A DNA stretch of 63,581 nucleotides, the filler included, from Craspedostauros australis (Eukaryota): the NCBI GenBank assembly GCA_030167865.1. It is 8 parts of 8 records of this genome, joined end to end, with 100 filler letters (N's around TTAATTAATTAA, not from the genome) between each part and the next. Parts side by side here need not be neighbours in the genome. Positions count along the whole stretch, not along the records: positions 1 to 19,709 come from JALAGF010005415.1; 7 more parts are not named here. One strand, written 5' to 3'. Made by a program: the position numbers and the translations under genes. This document shows positions 1-11,074 of the stretch, piece by piece. Positions within the stretch are counted from its first letter, which is position 1; every line of letters starts with the position of its first letter. The notes beneath the pieces were generated by a model, which saw only the letters and a list, made by a program, of their open reading frames with translations, was not told where the DNA came from and searched no databases.

Positions 1-2539
1 GGCGACAACGAACATCTGGCAGTTCGGATGATATGAACGCAGCCTCGAGTTCACGCGAAACCAACTCAAATGCGCACTCCACTGGTACTGGTTTGCAACA
101 GTGCAACGGCTCACCTTCCCGAATGCATGTCCGAAGAAGTTCGCGAACACCAAATCAACGTGGCCGTAGCCAATCGACACCACGTGGCGAAGATCGGCGA
201 AGATCAGCGAAGGAAGTCCTCCGATGAATGATCACCATCGGCGCGACAACGAAGCAGATCAAGAGGACATCGAATTGACAGCGTCGAACGGCACAGCAAT
301 GAGCGAGATGACAATGGACGAGATGGCAAACAACAACATGGCAACAAACGTTCGTCATCACGCGGAGCCCTTCAATCAAATCGCCGTGGACGAAGCAGAT
401 CGTCAACTCGCGATACTGTCTAGCATGAGAAGCTGTCTTACACAAAGCCACTGCGATTCACACCAAAGAACGCGGTCAGGAGCAAGAGCGCGTCTCAGTA
501 CCACGATCCCTTGATGAACGGTACCAAAACTCCCACCCCGTGATGCATCACGACATGATGGGATGGAATGAGATGTGTGGGCCGCTCCGTACTCGTATCA
601 TACTCATAGAGGTATGGTAGATCCACATCCCTGTATGTAATACACCTACGAATAGACTGTAATGCTCTGTTATATGTAGGATTGGAACAGTACCGCATGC
701 ACTATATCTGCTCGTGCAATAGAATGCTGTGATGAAGGCACCGGATGTTTCAAGAGATTGAAGGGCTGGATACTGCTCCAATGCTGCCTTTGCCTTGTCT
801 ATGACTAGTCTGGTCCACTCTCTACGATACATACGCACACAAGGATGTTCCTGATGTCATGCACCAGCAGATAGGACGCCCGTGGTTCCATCCACACTCC
901 GCCATCAGCATCGTTGTTGGTTCATTGCGCAGACAAAGGACGCATGGCAGCAGCATGTTCACAAGCCATGCGGTCGTCGCCGTGCCGCCGGATTCGCACA
1001 CAGAGCACTCTACTCCAAGTCACACTGCCAAGCAGATTGGAAGCGACAGTACCGATGCCAGCCAATCCAAGTTTGTGGAAGAGACGATCTACAAAGAGCA
1101 CGCGGCGAATAAGGTAGAGGGACATGATGAGAAGCCGCGAGGAGCATGGTTGCTGTGCGGTTCCATTGACCGTCCCATATCGTGCTATCATCCTCGTCTC
1201 TCCATGAGTTGCACTCCCACCATTGCGCCAAAACTGAAGTGGGGACTCTCACCAAGTCCCAGAAGGAGCGATCACTCGTTGTTGAAGCAACAAATGCAGG
1301 GGTCACCATCCATTCCAATCTTCGAAGCGAACAGTACCAGCGTGGCGGAAGACAAGAACCGACGAGCCAGCGCAGTCCAAGCATCCAGCCAGCTTGGCGA
1401 GCAACAGAAGAAACCAACGAACCAACGAGCAATCCCATGCAGAGTGCGAGTGCTGTATTGCGGATCATGGTTGACACAGAGTTTTCGTATGGTAGAAGAA
1501 GCACGCGGTCAGCGATCCATGGCCCATGCGCACCGTATGCCCACATGTCCTCCTTCGTGGTGCTCCCAACTTGTTCGTGAGGTGGATGTTCCTGTCGATT
1601 GCCTTGATTGAGCATCGATGCTCTGGAAGTCACGAGCCAAGACGGCGGTGCTTCTGCCTGTGGATAGAACGCGCATGGTATTGTATGTTGGTGGTCCATG
1701 CAGCAGGAATAGTGGAGGCGGCACGGTATCGCTCCGCCTGTTGATTGCTGAACATGTCACCCCATCCCAATACGCAATGTGATGTTGGTTTGATGTTGAG
1801 GACTCTTGTTGCCCACGCGGATGGTGATGGTTGCAATGTGGTGGGATGGCAACTAGTCAAATCCAAATGAGGTGGGTCGCAACCAACGAAGGCAACCAAA
1901 AAGGCAGTCACATCGGTGGCTTCATCGTTGTTCGAGGCATTGGTTCGAACCTCAAGTTGGTGCTTGCGATGGCAGGCGGACAAGGGTCAGAGGTCTTGCA
2001 GATGCCACGATGACACAAGCAAGCGTGGGCCATGGTGTGCATGGTGGTCGTGATGACAGCTCTCTCTGTCTCTCTGTATCTCTGCCTCCAGAGACTTCCA
2101 CGTTGTTTGCTTCGAATTGATGTTGTGTTGGTCGTAGTCGAATCAGTCGAAGATTCGGGTTTTCGAAGATCCGCAAAAGAGAACTCTGTTGTGGTGGGAA
2201 CATGTTTCCTTCCTTCTTGTTGTTGTCTGTGTCCATTTCCGTGATGGATGAGAACAGAAGGATCCAAACCGCACAAACCAGAGGGTGTGGTCAAGAGAAG
2301 GAGGCAAACACAAACAACAACACACACCAATCAACCCCATAATCGAGCACATCAACAACAGACATCGAATTGCCACTCATACTACTATTCATCACACAGC
2401 TCATGGTACTCATAACAATACAAGCTATTGAAGACACACTATCGATATCTCTGCCATAGGCATAATAGCTCAAACTGCACACTTCCTCGACAGCCAATTC
2501 AACGCCAATCGTCCAGCAATCATCCACCATCCTCTCAAG

Positions 2540-3922
2540 ATGCCGAATGCTGCGAACTATCAACTCAATGTTGCTGCCATGGCAGGTCAATTGTCGGTGT
2601 TGAAGGAATGGAAGAAGCGGACCGAGACGCAGAATGAAGAAGTTGATTTCAACAAGGCTACAGCCTTCATGGGTTGCACTCCCCTTCATGAGGCATGCAG
2701 GTACGGCCGGCTGGAGTGTGTGAAGTACCTCGTCGAATCATACAGGGCCAAAGTCGACTGCAATGACTACAGCGGTTCCACTCCCCTTCATCGGGCAAGC
2801 TCCAACGGTCACCTGGAGTGTGTGAAGTACCTCATCGAATCATGTGGGGCCAGCATCAACCGCAAAAACAACGATGGTTGGACTCCCCTTCATTGGGCAT
2901 GTCACGAAGGCCACCTGGAGTGTGTGAAGTACCTCATCGAATCATGTGGGGCAAACATCAATGGCAAAGACGACAATGGTAACACTCCCCTTCATCACGC
3001 ATGCATGGACGACCACGTGGAGTGTATGCATTATCTTATCGAATCAGCCAATGCCGACATCAACATCCAAAACAACAGCAACAATACACCCCTCGATTTC
3101 ATCGATGCAACACTTCGAATCATTTTTCACCGTCTCGATCATCTGAGTCACCGCAACTCACAACTGCAACAACGCTTACAACAGAACGAGCAAGAGATCG
3201 AACAACTGAAACAGCAGTTGGAACGAGGGGAGGAAGAGAAGAAACAGAAGGACCAGGAGAACGAACAACTGAAACGGCAGTGGGAACAGCAGAAGGAAGA
3301 AATGCAGCATATGCTCTTGAAATCTCAAAGGGAGAACGAACAACTGAAACAGCAGTTGGAACGGGAGGAGGAAGAGAAGAAACAGAAGGACCAGGAGAAC
3401 AAGCAACTGAAACGGCAGTTGAAACAACACCTCAAGATCAGCATCGACCAAGATCGTCGCGCCGCTATTCGTACCGAGGCCATCACAGACATTACCTTCC
3501 TTTGCGGACAAGGGTACGATCAACAAGCAATCAAGGCAAACTCCGCGGTCCTCATGGTCACTGTCCCATCCATTCAGGCATTGATCAACTCTGGAATCCA
3601 ACATCAATGCGCTCACGATGGTGCCCATGATGTCGCTCACGGAGGAACTGAACCCATCCAAACCACCATCCCTCTTCCCAACCTTCAACCAAAACACGTC
3701 CGATACGTCCTCCAATGTATCTACACAGGTGAGATATCCTTCAACAACAACACTCATAATGGCAACGCCAATGCAGATGCCTCTAATCAGCCAACTCCCA
3801 TCCTCACTGGACAGGACGATCTGCAACAACTGATCCTTGTTGCCAACGAGGTCGGCTTCTGGCGACTCAAGTTTGTTTTTGAAGCGGACTTGGCCTGCAA
3901 ATATGTCACAGAGGAAACATGA
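2540..3922 (+). CDS. Ankyrin-repeat / coiled-coil / BTB-POZ protein (main ORF, C-terminus frameshifted)
   Basis: 460-aa ORF. Four TPLHxA..GHLECVKYL ankyrin repeats at exact 102-bp spacing (ccccttcat at 2681, 2783, 2885, 2987). Q/E/K-rich coiled coil with a 138-bp internal duplication (3201 vs 3339). BTB-like DITFLCG..IKANSAVL..VLQCIYTGEI..LILVANEVGFWRLKFVFEADL. Confidence 0.85.
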   Translation: MPNAANYQLNVAAMAGQLSVLKEWKKRTETQNEEVDFNKATAFMGCTPLHEACRYGRLECVKYLVESYRAKVDCNDYSGSTPLHRASSNGHLECVKYLIESCGASINRKNNDGWTPLHWACHEGHLECVKYLIESCGANINGKDDNGNTPLHHACMDDHVECMHYLIESANADINIQNNSNNTPLDFIDATLRIIFHRLDHLSHRNSQLQQRLQQNEQEIEQLKQQLERGEEEKKQKDQENEQLKRQWEQQKEEMQHMLLKSQRENEQLKQQLEREEEEKKQKDQENKQLKRQLKQHLKISIDQDRRAAIRTEAITDITFLCGQGYDQQAIKANSAVLMVTVPSIQALINSGIQHQCAHDGAHDVAHGGTEPIQTTIPLPNLQPKHVRYVLQCIYTGEISFNNNTHNGNANADASNQPTPILTGQDDLQQLILVANEVGFWRLKFVFEADLACKYVTEET

Positions 3923-4263
3923 TAGACACGCTGATATTTGCCAATCAATACAACTGTGTGGTGTTGAAGGATGCAGCAACGAGAATGGCAGCTGAAAGTG
4001 AGAAAGATATGTTCACTCATCCAGATTTCAGCAAGCTGATTCCACATCATCAACTGATGGGAGACATTCATTTCCTTTGCAGTGGGGGAGCGGAGAGTGA
4101 TGGTATTGATGACGAGTACAGCTGTATGTCCATGATGGAGTTGTACACGGTTGTATATGAGAACAAATGGAGTCATACATGGATCGGGCGACATTGGTGG
4201 GCTTCGTCCGCTCTATGAGAACCAATTCTGTGAGAACCAATTGATCCAACGTGATTGTGGTGG
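3919..4263 (+). pseudogene. Frameshifted post-BTB (BACK/BPM-like) tail of the ankyrin-BTB gene
   Basis: IDTLIFANQYNCVVLKDAATRM is the helical segment expected after a BTB domain. Adding one base at about 3919 (gaa aca [g]tg ata gac) restores ETVIDT in frame. Confidence 0.6.
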
Positions 4264-5918
4264 ACGTCACTACCGAGGAAGAGGTGTGAAGTAGTTCACT
4301 CCAGAACAGCGCTTGAGGAGCGAACGCTTCATGCAGTGGAGGAGTGCAGATGACAAAGTCTGAGCAATTAGATATCAATCAACTTTATAAAGAGATCCTT
4401 CAGACTCGTATGTCGTGAGACCTGCACGAGTAGTCGCCGCGCAGTCACGGTGCAAGGAGATGACTAGTGATCAATCCGATGCCGCATCGCACCTGTCGAG
4501 TCATGCACCAATTCAGCACCAACGCTCGTGTTGAGTGAAAAGATGAAAGTTGGTTTGCACGTGATGAAGAGAGTGCCGCAAGCGGAACTACCACAACATC
4601 AAACAATCACTCGATCATTGTTAAGTTCAGTTGCGCCGCGTTTTGTTGTGATGGGGAGACAAGATGGTTGTGAATGTGAGTGTTAATGTAGGTGGGCGAG
4701 GACCATGGAATATGAGCGCCGTGGAGCCAGCGCCGTAGAGCCTCCGCTGGATTCACGCTCATATTCGTCGTCACTACCCTTGATGTCTTGTTATACGTGA
4801 GCCGTTGCTCTGTTGTTCGGGCCAGCCATTGGGGCAGCAGATGAGCCAAGCAACGAAGCAAGAACCACGTGCCTCGCCAATTGCTCTTTGGTTATGCTTC
4901 ATGCGATCGCTCGCCGCCGGCGGAGTGCGCGAGGCTTGATGTGGTCCAACCACTTGGCTGGGTTGACGACTGCTCCGGCGTCCAAAGCGATGCATCTCAT
5001 GCGCAGCGCACCGATGCCATGCGATGCTTCGCTGCCAAGCCGTTGCTTTCCGCACGTCCGGACGAATTCGCCGCAGAGTGAGAGTCTTGCTCAGTGCTCC
5101 AGCTTGACAACTTGGGGATTGGCATCATCTGTCGGAAGATACGCGCAACCGAAGTCGACGCCAAGAGATCGCGCGCATCGTCCACATGACGCGTGGTCCG
5201 ACTTCAGCTCTCTCGTCCATCACCTGCCCTTTTCCGCGCAACGTTGGTGTCTGACTTGTTCAGGCGGCGGAATTGAAGCAGCGAAGACCGCGCCCATCAT
5301 CTCGGAGGTGTTTGTACCAATAGTCGTACGAGTAGAGGGCAGTGTGCTCGTGCGAGTATAGTGGTGATCAGAGACCATGGTGTGCGCTTAGTGTGCTGTG
5401 TTGTGGTGAGCGCGTCTCTTGGTTGTTGTTGGCGATGTCGCCACCTTCCACGATCTTCTTCTGGATTCTTGTTCTCATTTGTTGGTGTGGAGGTCGTACG
5501 TGTCTGGGTTGTGACGTCGCGTGACTCAATCTCGCTATGTGNNNNNNNNNNNNNNNNNNNNNNNNNNNNNNNNNNNNNNNNNNNNNNNNNNTGTCTGGGT
5601 TGTGACGTCGCGTGACTCAATCTCGCTATGTGTTGGTGTCTTCGAATGTCGTGGTTGTGTCGCAGCCTTGATCCAAACGTGGATACGGATCTTCCTCACA
5701 ATTTTAAAAAAGAACTGGAAACCACGAACTGCGTCAGCATAGCACCACAACAATCTCCTCAAGAGCAGTGAGCAGCATAGCACGGCACAGTCAAACCATC
5801 TATTCCATGGTTCGGTGCACCATGCCTACTCATGCTTCCTCGCATCTACCCACCGACATAATCACACTCTATCACAAGCTGTCTACTCTATTATATTACG
5901 CATTTACTTCTTGCCGCT

Positions 5919-8900
5919 TCACGCACTTGCCGTGCCTGTCGAACCTGCCGCGAACGGCACCGTATCAGTATCCCCACCAACCGAAGCAGCGACACCATCA
6001 GCCCGTGCCCCCTGCCGCATCTTCTCGGATGCCAACCTCAGCTTCTCAACCTTTTTCATTGCACCCCACTCCTCGTACAGCCTGATGGCTTCCGCCATGG
6101 CCAGAAGAGCGACGTCTCTCTTGCCCATCCTCACCAAGCACTCCGACAGCCGCTCATTCGCCAAGGCTTGTTCATTGATGCATCCGAGCTTGTCGGTCAT
6201 CTCGATGACACTCCTGAACTTGAAGAGGGCAAAGTCGTACTTTGATCGCAACATCTTGTGCTCCGCCTCCAGGAGGGCGAGTCTGTGGTCGCAGTTTGAA
6301 TTGCCCTTGTCTGCCCATACTTGCAGCTGCTTTCGGCATTTGTCAGCAAATTTGCGATATCGCTTCGCGTGGGCCTTGTTGGATATGCTGTGGGAGGCAG
6401 CGTAGCAGCAGACCCCGGAATAGCACGCGGCAAGCGGCAGGAAGGACGATCCAGCAAATACCTTCAGCTCCTCATCGAAGATTTTCACCGATGCCGAAGC
6501 TCCGTACTCGTACTCGCCGAGGAAAACGCCCTGCGTTTGCCGACATGACATCACCACAAGCGACACGAAATTGTCGTTTTCCTCCGCGGCGTTTCGGAAG
6601 AAGGCATCTTCGTCGAATATGTCTCCCTTCAGCTTGATGTCATTGTCCGAGAGACCGCGCAAGTTCCGTATTGATTGCCAAGTCACGTTGATGATGCTTC
6701 TTGTGTCCGCCCTCCGAAAGTCTTCCATGACCTTCGAGTACTTCAGCATTTCCTCATCGAGCTGAGGCAGCGGGACTCCGATGTAGAATCTCGTTTGCCA
6801 ATAGTACATGAGAGCCCGGATGGCCGAATCGACATCACCGCAGGCCATGCCCAGCTCGTAAGCCTCCCAAAAAGGCGCTGGTATCTCCCCCAGAGGTCTG
6901 ACCCAGTGCATGGTGCCCAGGCAAGCAGTGTACATCACCTGGCATTTGCAAATTTGGTTTGATTCGCGATCTGTTATGGCGAGAGCAACCTTGCAAATCT
7001 TGACTGCTGTTACGAAGTCTCCCATGAAGTACCCTACGAGTACGGCCAAGCAACTAAAAGCAGGTGCCGAGTATGGCATGATTCCGTACTTCAAGGTCCT
7101 GCGTACGCACTCGAGGATGATCAAAGGAAATAGGTCCGGCTTGAGGATGAAGGCGATGACGATTGACTTGTTGAGGGTCTTGACGATTGCCATTTGCGTC
7201 GGATCCTGTGACGCTGGCATGCTTCGAAAGGATTCCACGGTCCATTTTGATGCCACTCGCTTCATCTTCGACAGGCCAAAGATGAGTCGCATCTTTCTGC
7301 TGAAACTGCTCTTGGGCAGTTCGCAACCAAGCATGCTGAGCAGGTTGATGCACGTTGGTAGCGTCTCGACCGCCTTGTGTGCTTGAGATTCCGTGAATAG
7401 GACTTCTAGAAAGATATGATAGGTTCGGACCTTGTGAAGCAGAGGGCACTCAAGAGACAGGACGGCCGAACAGTACTCCTTGGCCTTGTTGGAGTCATTT
7501 ATGAGGTATGCGCACTCAGCTGCCGAGGCGTAGATATCCAAGCTCTCGGCGAAATGGCTCTTCCAATGATTGGTAGGCAGCATCCGCATGGCCGTTGCGA
7601 AGTACCGCAACGCAGCTTGAAATGCGGCGCACTCCACGGCGAGCTGGGCCGTCTTGTAGTTGAGCATGGCGATCCTCGCGCGGCGGTTGGATTGCTCCGC
7701 CGTGGCTGGAATCAGGTCAAGCCTCGTGTTGATGAGGCCCGCGACCATGTAGACGTCATGATCCTCCATCTCGCCATTGGAGAAGGAGGAGAGCAGGATG
7801 TCACCAACCCTATGCTGCAGCTCAGACAGCTTGTCTTGGGGTACCAACGCCAATGCTGCCTCCTGGATCTTGTCGTGGATGAAGGTGCATCGATCATCAT
7901 CGTTTCGCGCTTGGTTTGATGCCGCTCGCGCCTTCTCGGTCTTGGTTTTCGACTTGGCGCGCTTGGTTTGATGTTGGGAATGTTGCTCGATGAGACCTTC
8001 GCGTTCGCAGGTATCGAGGATCTTTTGTATGCTCTTATGCGATGTGAGGTCGACACGTTGCGGCGGCCGCTGCTTTCGTCTTGGCTCGGCACCACCCGGT
8101 TTGGGGTGCGCTGCGTTGTCCTCAATCAGCAGGTCTCGAAAGAACACCCTGTGATCGGAATGGATCGAAAATGCCCGAATCACAAGCATCAACCTCTTGC
8201 GCGAAAATGTGCATCCGAGGCACGCTGCAATCGGGAGTACATGATGAGCATCATCAACGCGATGCAACTTGTGCTTCATCAGATCCACAATGTTGTCAGT
8301 GGCAGACGACTCGGCGATGATTTTGCGTTCCTCCCAGAGCCACTTCATCCCACCAACCTCATCAAACCACAGCAGATCATCATCGACCAACGATTCCAGA
8401 AACTGCTTGACGAAGAAGATGTTGCCGCCCGTCTTGCGATGGACGATATCCGCGAGGCCGTTGACATCGTCATCCTTGTCCGGCAGCAGGATCTCGACGA
8501 GGATCTGCCGGACGCTTTGCTGCGGTAGGTCGCTCATGTGGATGTTGATGATGCGGATGGCCCGCTCTCGCTTCAAGTTCTCGAGAGTGTCGATCATGCC
8601 TTGCAGCGATTCATTCTGCTCCAGCTCGTTGGATCTGAAGCATCCCACGATCATCAAGGACGGGATTTCAGCATCCAGCGTCCACGTTTCGATCAGATCT
8701 AGCGACGCCTTGTCGGCCCATTGGATGTCATCCATCATGAGCACCAGCGGGCTGTGTTGGCAAATGATCTGCAGGAACCGCTTGAGCGTGTGCTTGATCC
8801 TGTCGGACTTCTCCTTGTATCCCTCCATCGCGGCAGGATTCCTCTCACCGTCGGATCCTATCGATAGGGTTGCAAGCGATTTCTGCTGGATCATGGAGTT

Positions 8901-9716
8901 ACTGCCAACCAGCTCCGTATTCGTGATGATGGCTGCGGCGTCGCTATTGTCATCATTATTGCTGTTGTCGACATTGCCGTTGTTGACATCGTCACTGGTT
9001 TCATGCCAGCTGGTCAGGTCCGCACCTTCGCTGTGCCGCGTGCCGACCGTGATGGCATCTTCGCCCGTCATCCACTTGTGGAGACCAGGGACGAGCTTGT
9101 GCAGCGTCCTCAGTTCTCTGGCCGACAGATTCCGGACCAGCGCCTGATGCACGCGTGAGACCCGCCTCGGATCGTCCATGGTTGCGCCGACGACGTCGTT
9201 CGGCGGCAGCAATTTGATCTGCTCCATGAGCTCCCCCATCGCATTGCGGATACCGGCGTAGGGCTCCTCCATTTGCTGTAGATCGAACTTGCCGCAGACG
9301 AAGAACGCGAAGCTTTCCAGGCAGTGCTGCCGGTAGTGCGTGGCGAGCTTGCTCTTGCCGGAACCCGACGGACCTGATATGAGGCACAGGGTCTTGGGAA
9401 CCTCGCCGTCGGCAGGTTGCTGCTTCAGCAGCTGGCGGATGGCGTTGGACATGATCCGCTTCTCCTTGTCGCGTCCCACGAGGCCCGCGCGATCGAAGTT
9501 GAGAGACTGCTTGGACGCGAGGTCGAAGGAGGAGTCGTCGTCCGTCACAGATACGTTGCTCGTTAGCTTGGCCTTCGACGTGATGATCTCCTTCATGATC
9601 TCCTCGCCCGGAGTTGGAGCGGGTGACTCCTTGCCTGTGGTCGGTAACAGAGGGGCGATGTCGCGGTTGGACGTCATCGTGTGCTTCGACTTCAGTTCGA
9701 TCATCTGCGCCGCCAT
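5919..9716 (-). CDS. STAND-type P-loop ATPase (AAA_16-like) with long TPR-like helical C-terminus
   Basis: Intronless ORF, likely ATG at 9716 (1265 aa). GLVGRDKE, Walker A GPSGSGKS, GKFD, Walker B LVLMMDDIQWAD, KTGGNIFF (GxP-like), FIHDKIQEAA (winged helix), then about 600 aa of helical repeats ending YEEWGAMKKV. Confidence 0.9.
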   Translation of the reverse strand: MAAQMIELKSKHTMTSNRDIAPLLPTTGKESPAPTPGEEIMKEIITSKAKLTSNVSVTDDDSSFDLASKQSLNFDRAGLVGRDKEKRIMSNAIRQLLKQQPADGEVPKTLCLISGPSGSGKSKLATHYRQHCLESFAFFVCGKFDLQQMEEPYAGIRNAMGELMEQIKLLPPNDVVGATMDDPRRVSRVHQALVRNLSARELRTLHKLVPGLHKWMTGEDAITVGTRHSEGADLTSWHETSDDVNNGNVDNSNNDDNSDAAAIITNTELVGSNSMIQQKSLATLSIGSDGERNPAAMEGYKEKSDRIKHTLKRFLQIICQHSPLVLMMDDIQWADKASLDLIETWTLDAEIPSLMIVGCFRSNELEQNESLQGMIDTLENLKRERAIRIINIHMSDLPQQSVRQILVEILLPDKDDDVNGLADIVHRKTGGNIFFVKQFLESLVDDDLLWFDEVGGMKWLWEERKIIAESSATDNIVDLMKHKLHRVDDAHHVLPIAACLGCTFSRKRLMLVIRAFSIHSDHRVFFRDLLIEDNAAHPKPGGAEPRRKQRPPQRVDLTSHKSIQKILDTCEREGLIEQHSQHQTKRAKSKTKTEKARAASNQARNDDDRCTFIHDKIQEAALALVPQDKLSELQHRVGDILLSSFSNGEMEDHDVYMVAGLINTRLDLIPATAEQSNRRARIAMLNYKTAQLAVECAAFQAALRYFATAMRMLPTNHWKSHFAESLDIYASAAECAYLINDSNKAKEYCSAVLSLECPLLHKVRTYHIFLEVLFTESQAHKAVETLPTCINLLSMLGCELPKSSFSRKMRLIFGLSKMKRVASKWTVESFRSMPASQDPTQMAIVKTLNKSIVIAFILKPDLFPLIILECVRRTLKYGIMPYSAPAFSCLAVLVGYFMGDFVTAVKICKVALAITDRESNQICKCQVMYTACLGTMHWVRPLGEIPAPFWEAYELGMACGDVDSAIRALMYYWQTRFYIGVPLPQLDEEMLKYSKVMEDFRRADTRSIINVTWQSIRNLRGLSDNDIKLKGDIFDEDAFFRNAAEENDNFVSLVVMSCRQTQGVFLGEYEYGASASVKIFDEELKVFAGSSFLPLAACYSGVCCYAASHSISNKAHAKRYRKFADKCRKQLQVWADKGNSNCDHRLALLEAEHKMLRSKYDFALFKFRSVIEMTDKLGCINEQALANERLSECLVRMGKRDVALLAMAEAIRLYEEWGAMKKVEKLRLASEKMRQGARADGVAASVGGDTDTVPFAAGSTGTASA

Positions 9717-10428
9717 GGTGAGAGTCTCAAGGTGTCTGCGTTTGTGTTCGTGGGTGGAATTGTGGGTGAAATTGTGATTGTGGCTGTGGTCGCGTCTGAG
9801 ATTGTGGTCAGGACTTGCGCTTGGTGCTTTCGCTTTCGGTGAGGTTGGTGGTTGGTCTCGTCGGTGGTGTATTAGCAGTCGAACGACCACACATACGAGT
9901 CAGGTACGTGTATGGCCTTTGCATTGGTGTTGGTAGTCTTGGTACCATTCTTGGTGTCGGTTTGGGCGTGGTGGCGCTGCGGTCTTCGTTGTGCGTGAAG
10001 GGAGGTGGAAAGCTCTTCCACAGACGACGATTGGACTTTGGCGACTTCACTCTTCTGGGATCAATGTCCGTAACTGGAATGTGCAGCCTTGTTGCGACAC
10101 AGGAATTCCAATTCTTGGTTCGTCCAAGCGGTAACATGATCCCATTCACCTTGGCCTCGAGAGAGAGGGTCACTCTGCCAATCGTTTCCATCCACACAAA
10201 GAGGGAAAGACACCTGAAAGGAGTTGAAGGCCACATCCGCTTCCTGGTCACAACACCAAGGACTTCAATCACGGCAACGAAGACCAAGTGTCGGGAGCAA
10301 ACATCGGGCGAGCGAAACAACACTCCAATCCAAGATGCCGCGGCGCATGTCTGCCTCAAACTATTTGCGTCTGTCCGCACTTCGGAACTGTCTATCGAGC
10401 GTCAGAGAAATCATTATTCATCACATTT

Positions 10429-10605
10429 TGTCAAACAGGAATACGTGTGAAACGGTTAAAACGAGGTTAACGTGCGAACACGGGTATCGCCCAACGACGG
10501 GAGAACAGTGTACTCTCTGACGGTCCTACACGACCCTAAAACCCTTATAATCTGAATCCTTTGGGTTTCCAACCCTCAATGACAATGCATGTGTGTGTTA
10601 ACTTG
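10429..10605 (+). repeat. 5' LTR of element A
   Basis: Starts TGTCAAACAGG, has TATA-like cttataa at about 10544-10550, and is about 95% identical to 17192-17365. Confidence 0.9.
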
Positions 10606-11074
10606 GTTTATCATTACGCATCCGCTCACGAGGGCCATGTGCAAGCACGCGGGGACCGCCTGAAGAGGCGATGACAATACTGGGACCCCGCTCTGAGGGT
10701 GGACCGCCGTGAGCCGGCACAGCTTGGAATCGTGTTGCATCCCCTTTGGCAATGATGTTCTGGTGCATTTTGGCCGGTGCCAGAGGGATGTACTCCCACC
10801 GTTCGCTTTGGCATGGTGTGGATGGCAAGACAAGGTGGACGCACCAACCGCAGGCCACGCGGAACCCCTACTGAGACACGCGCTCCTACTGAGTGAAAGA
10901 TCGTGTGCCTTGTCGCCACATCCGTGCTTCTCACCGTGGGTCGAAACATCGACACACACACTGCGAAACTCACATGACAAAACACGCCTTGTCCCAGCGG
11001 AGCTTTCTGTCACAACTTGACATCTTGTTTCTCTCCTTTCCCCTTTTGCACTCAACAACCGTACGACAGCCAAC

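Noticed and set aside
1..2400. Several 60-250-aa ORFs (e.g. 859-1611, 1010-1699, 1908-2330)
   Set aside because: No recognisable motifs, overlapping on both strands; cannot be supported as genes.
5501..5632. Short direct repeats flanking 50-N gaps (also 18607-18704 and 51966-52122)
   Set aside because: Typical unmerged contig-overlap artefacts.
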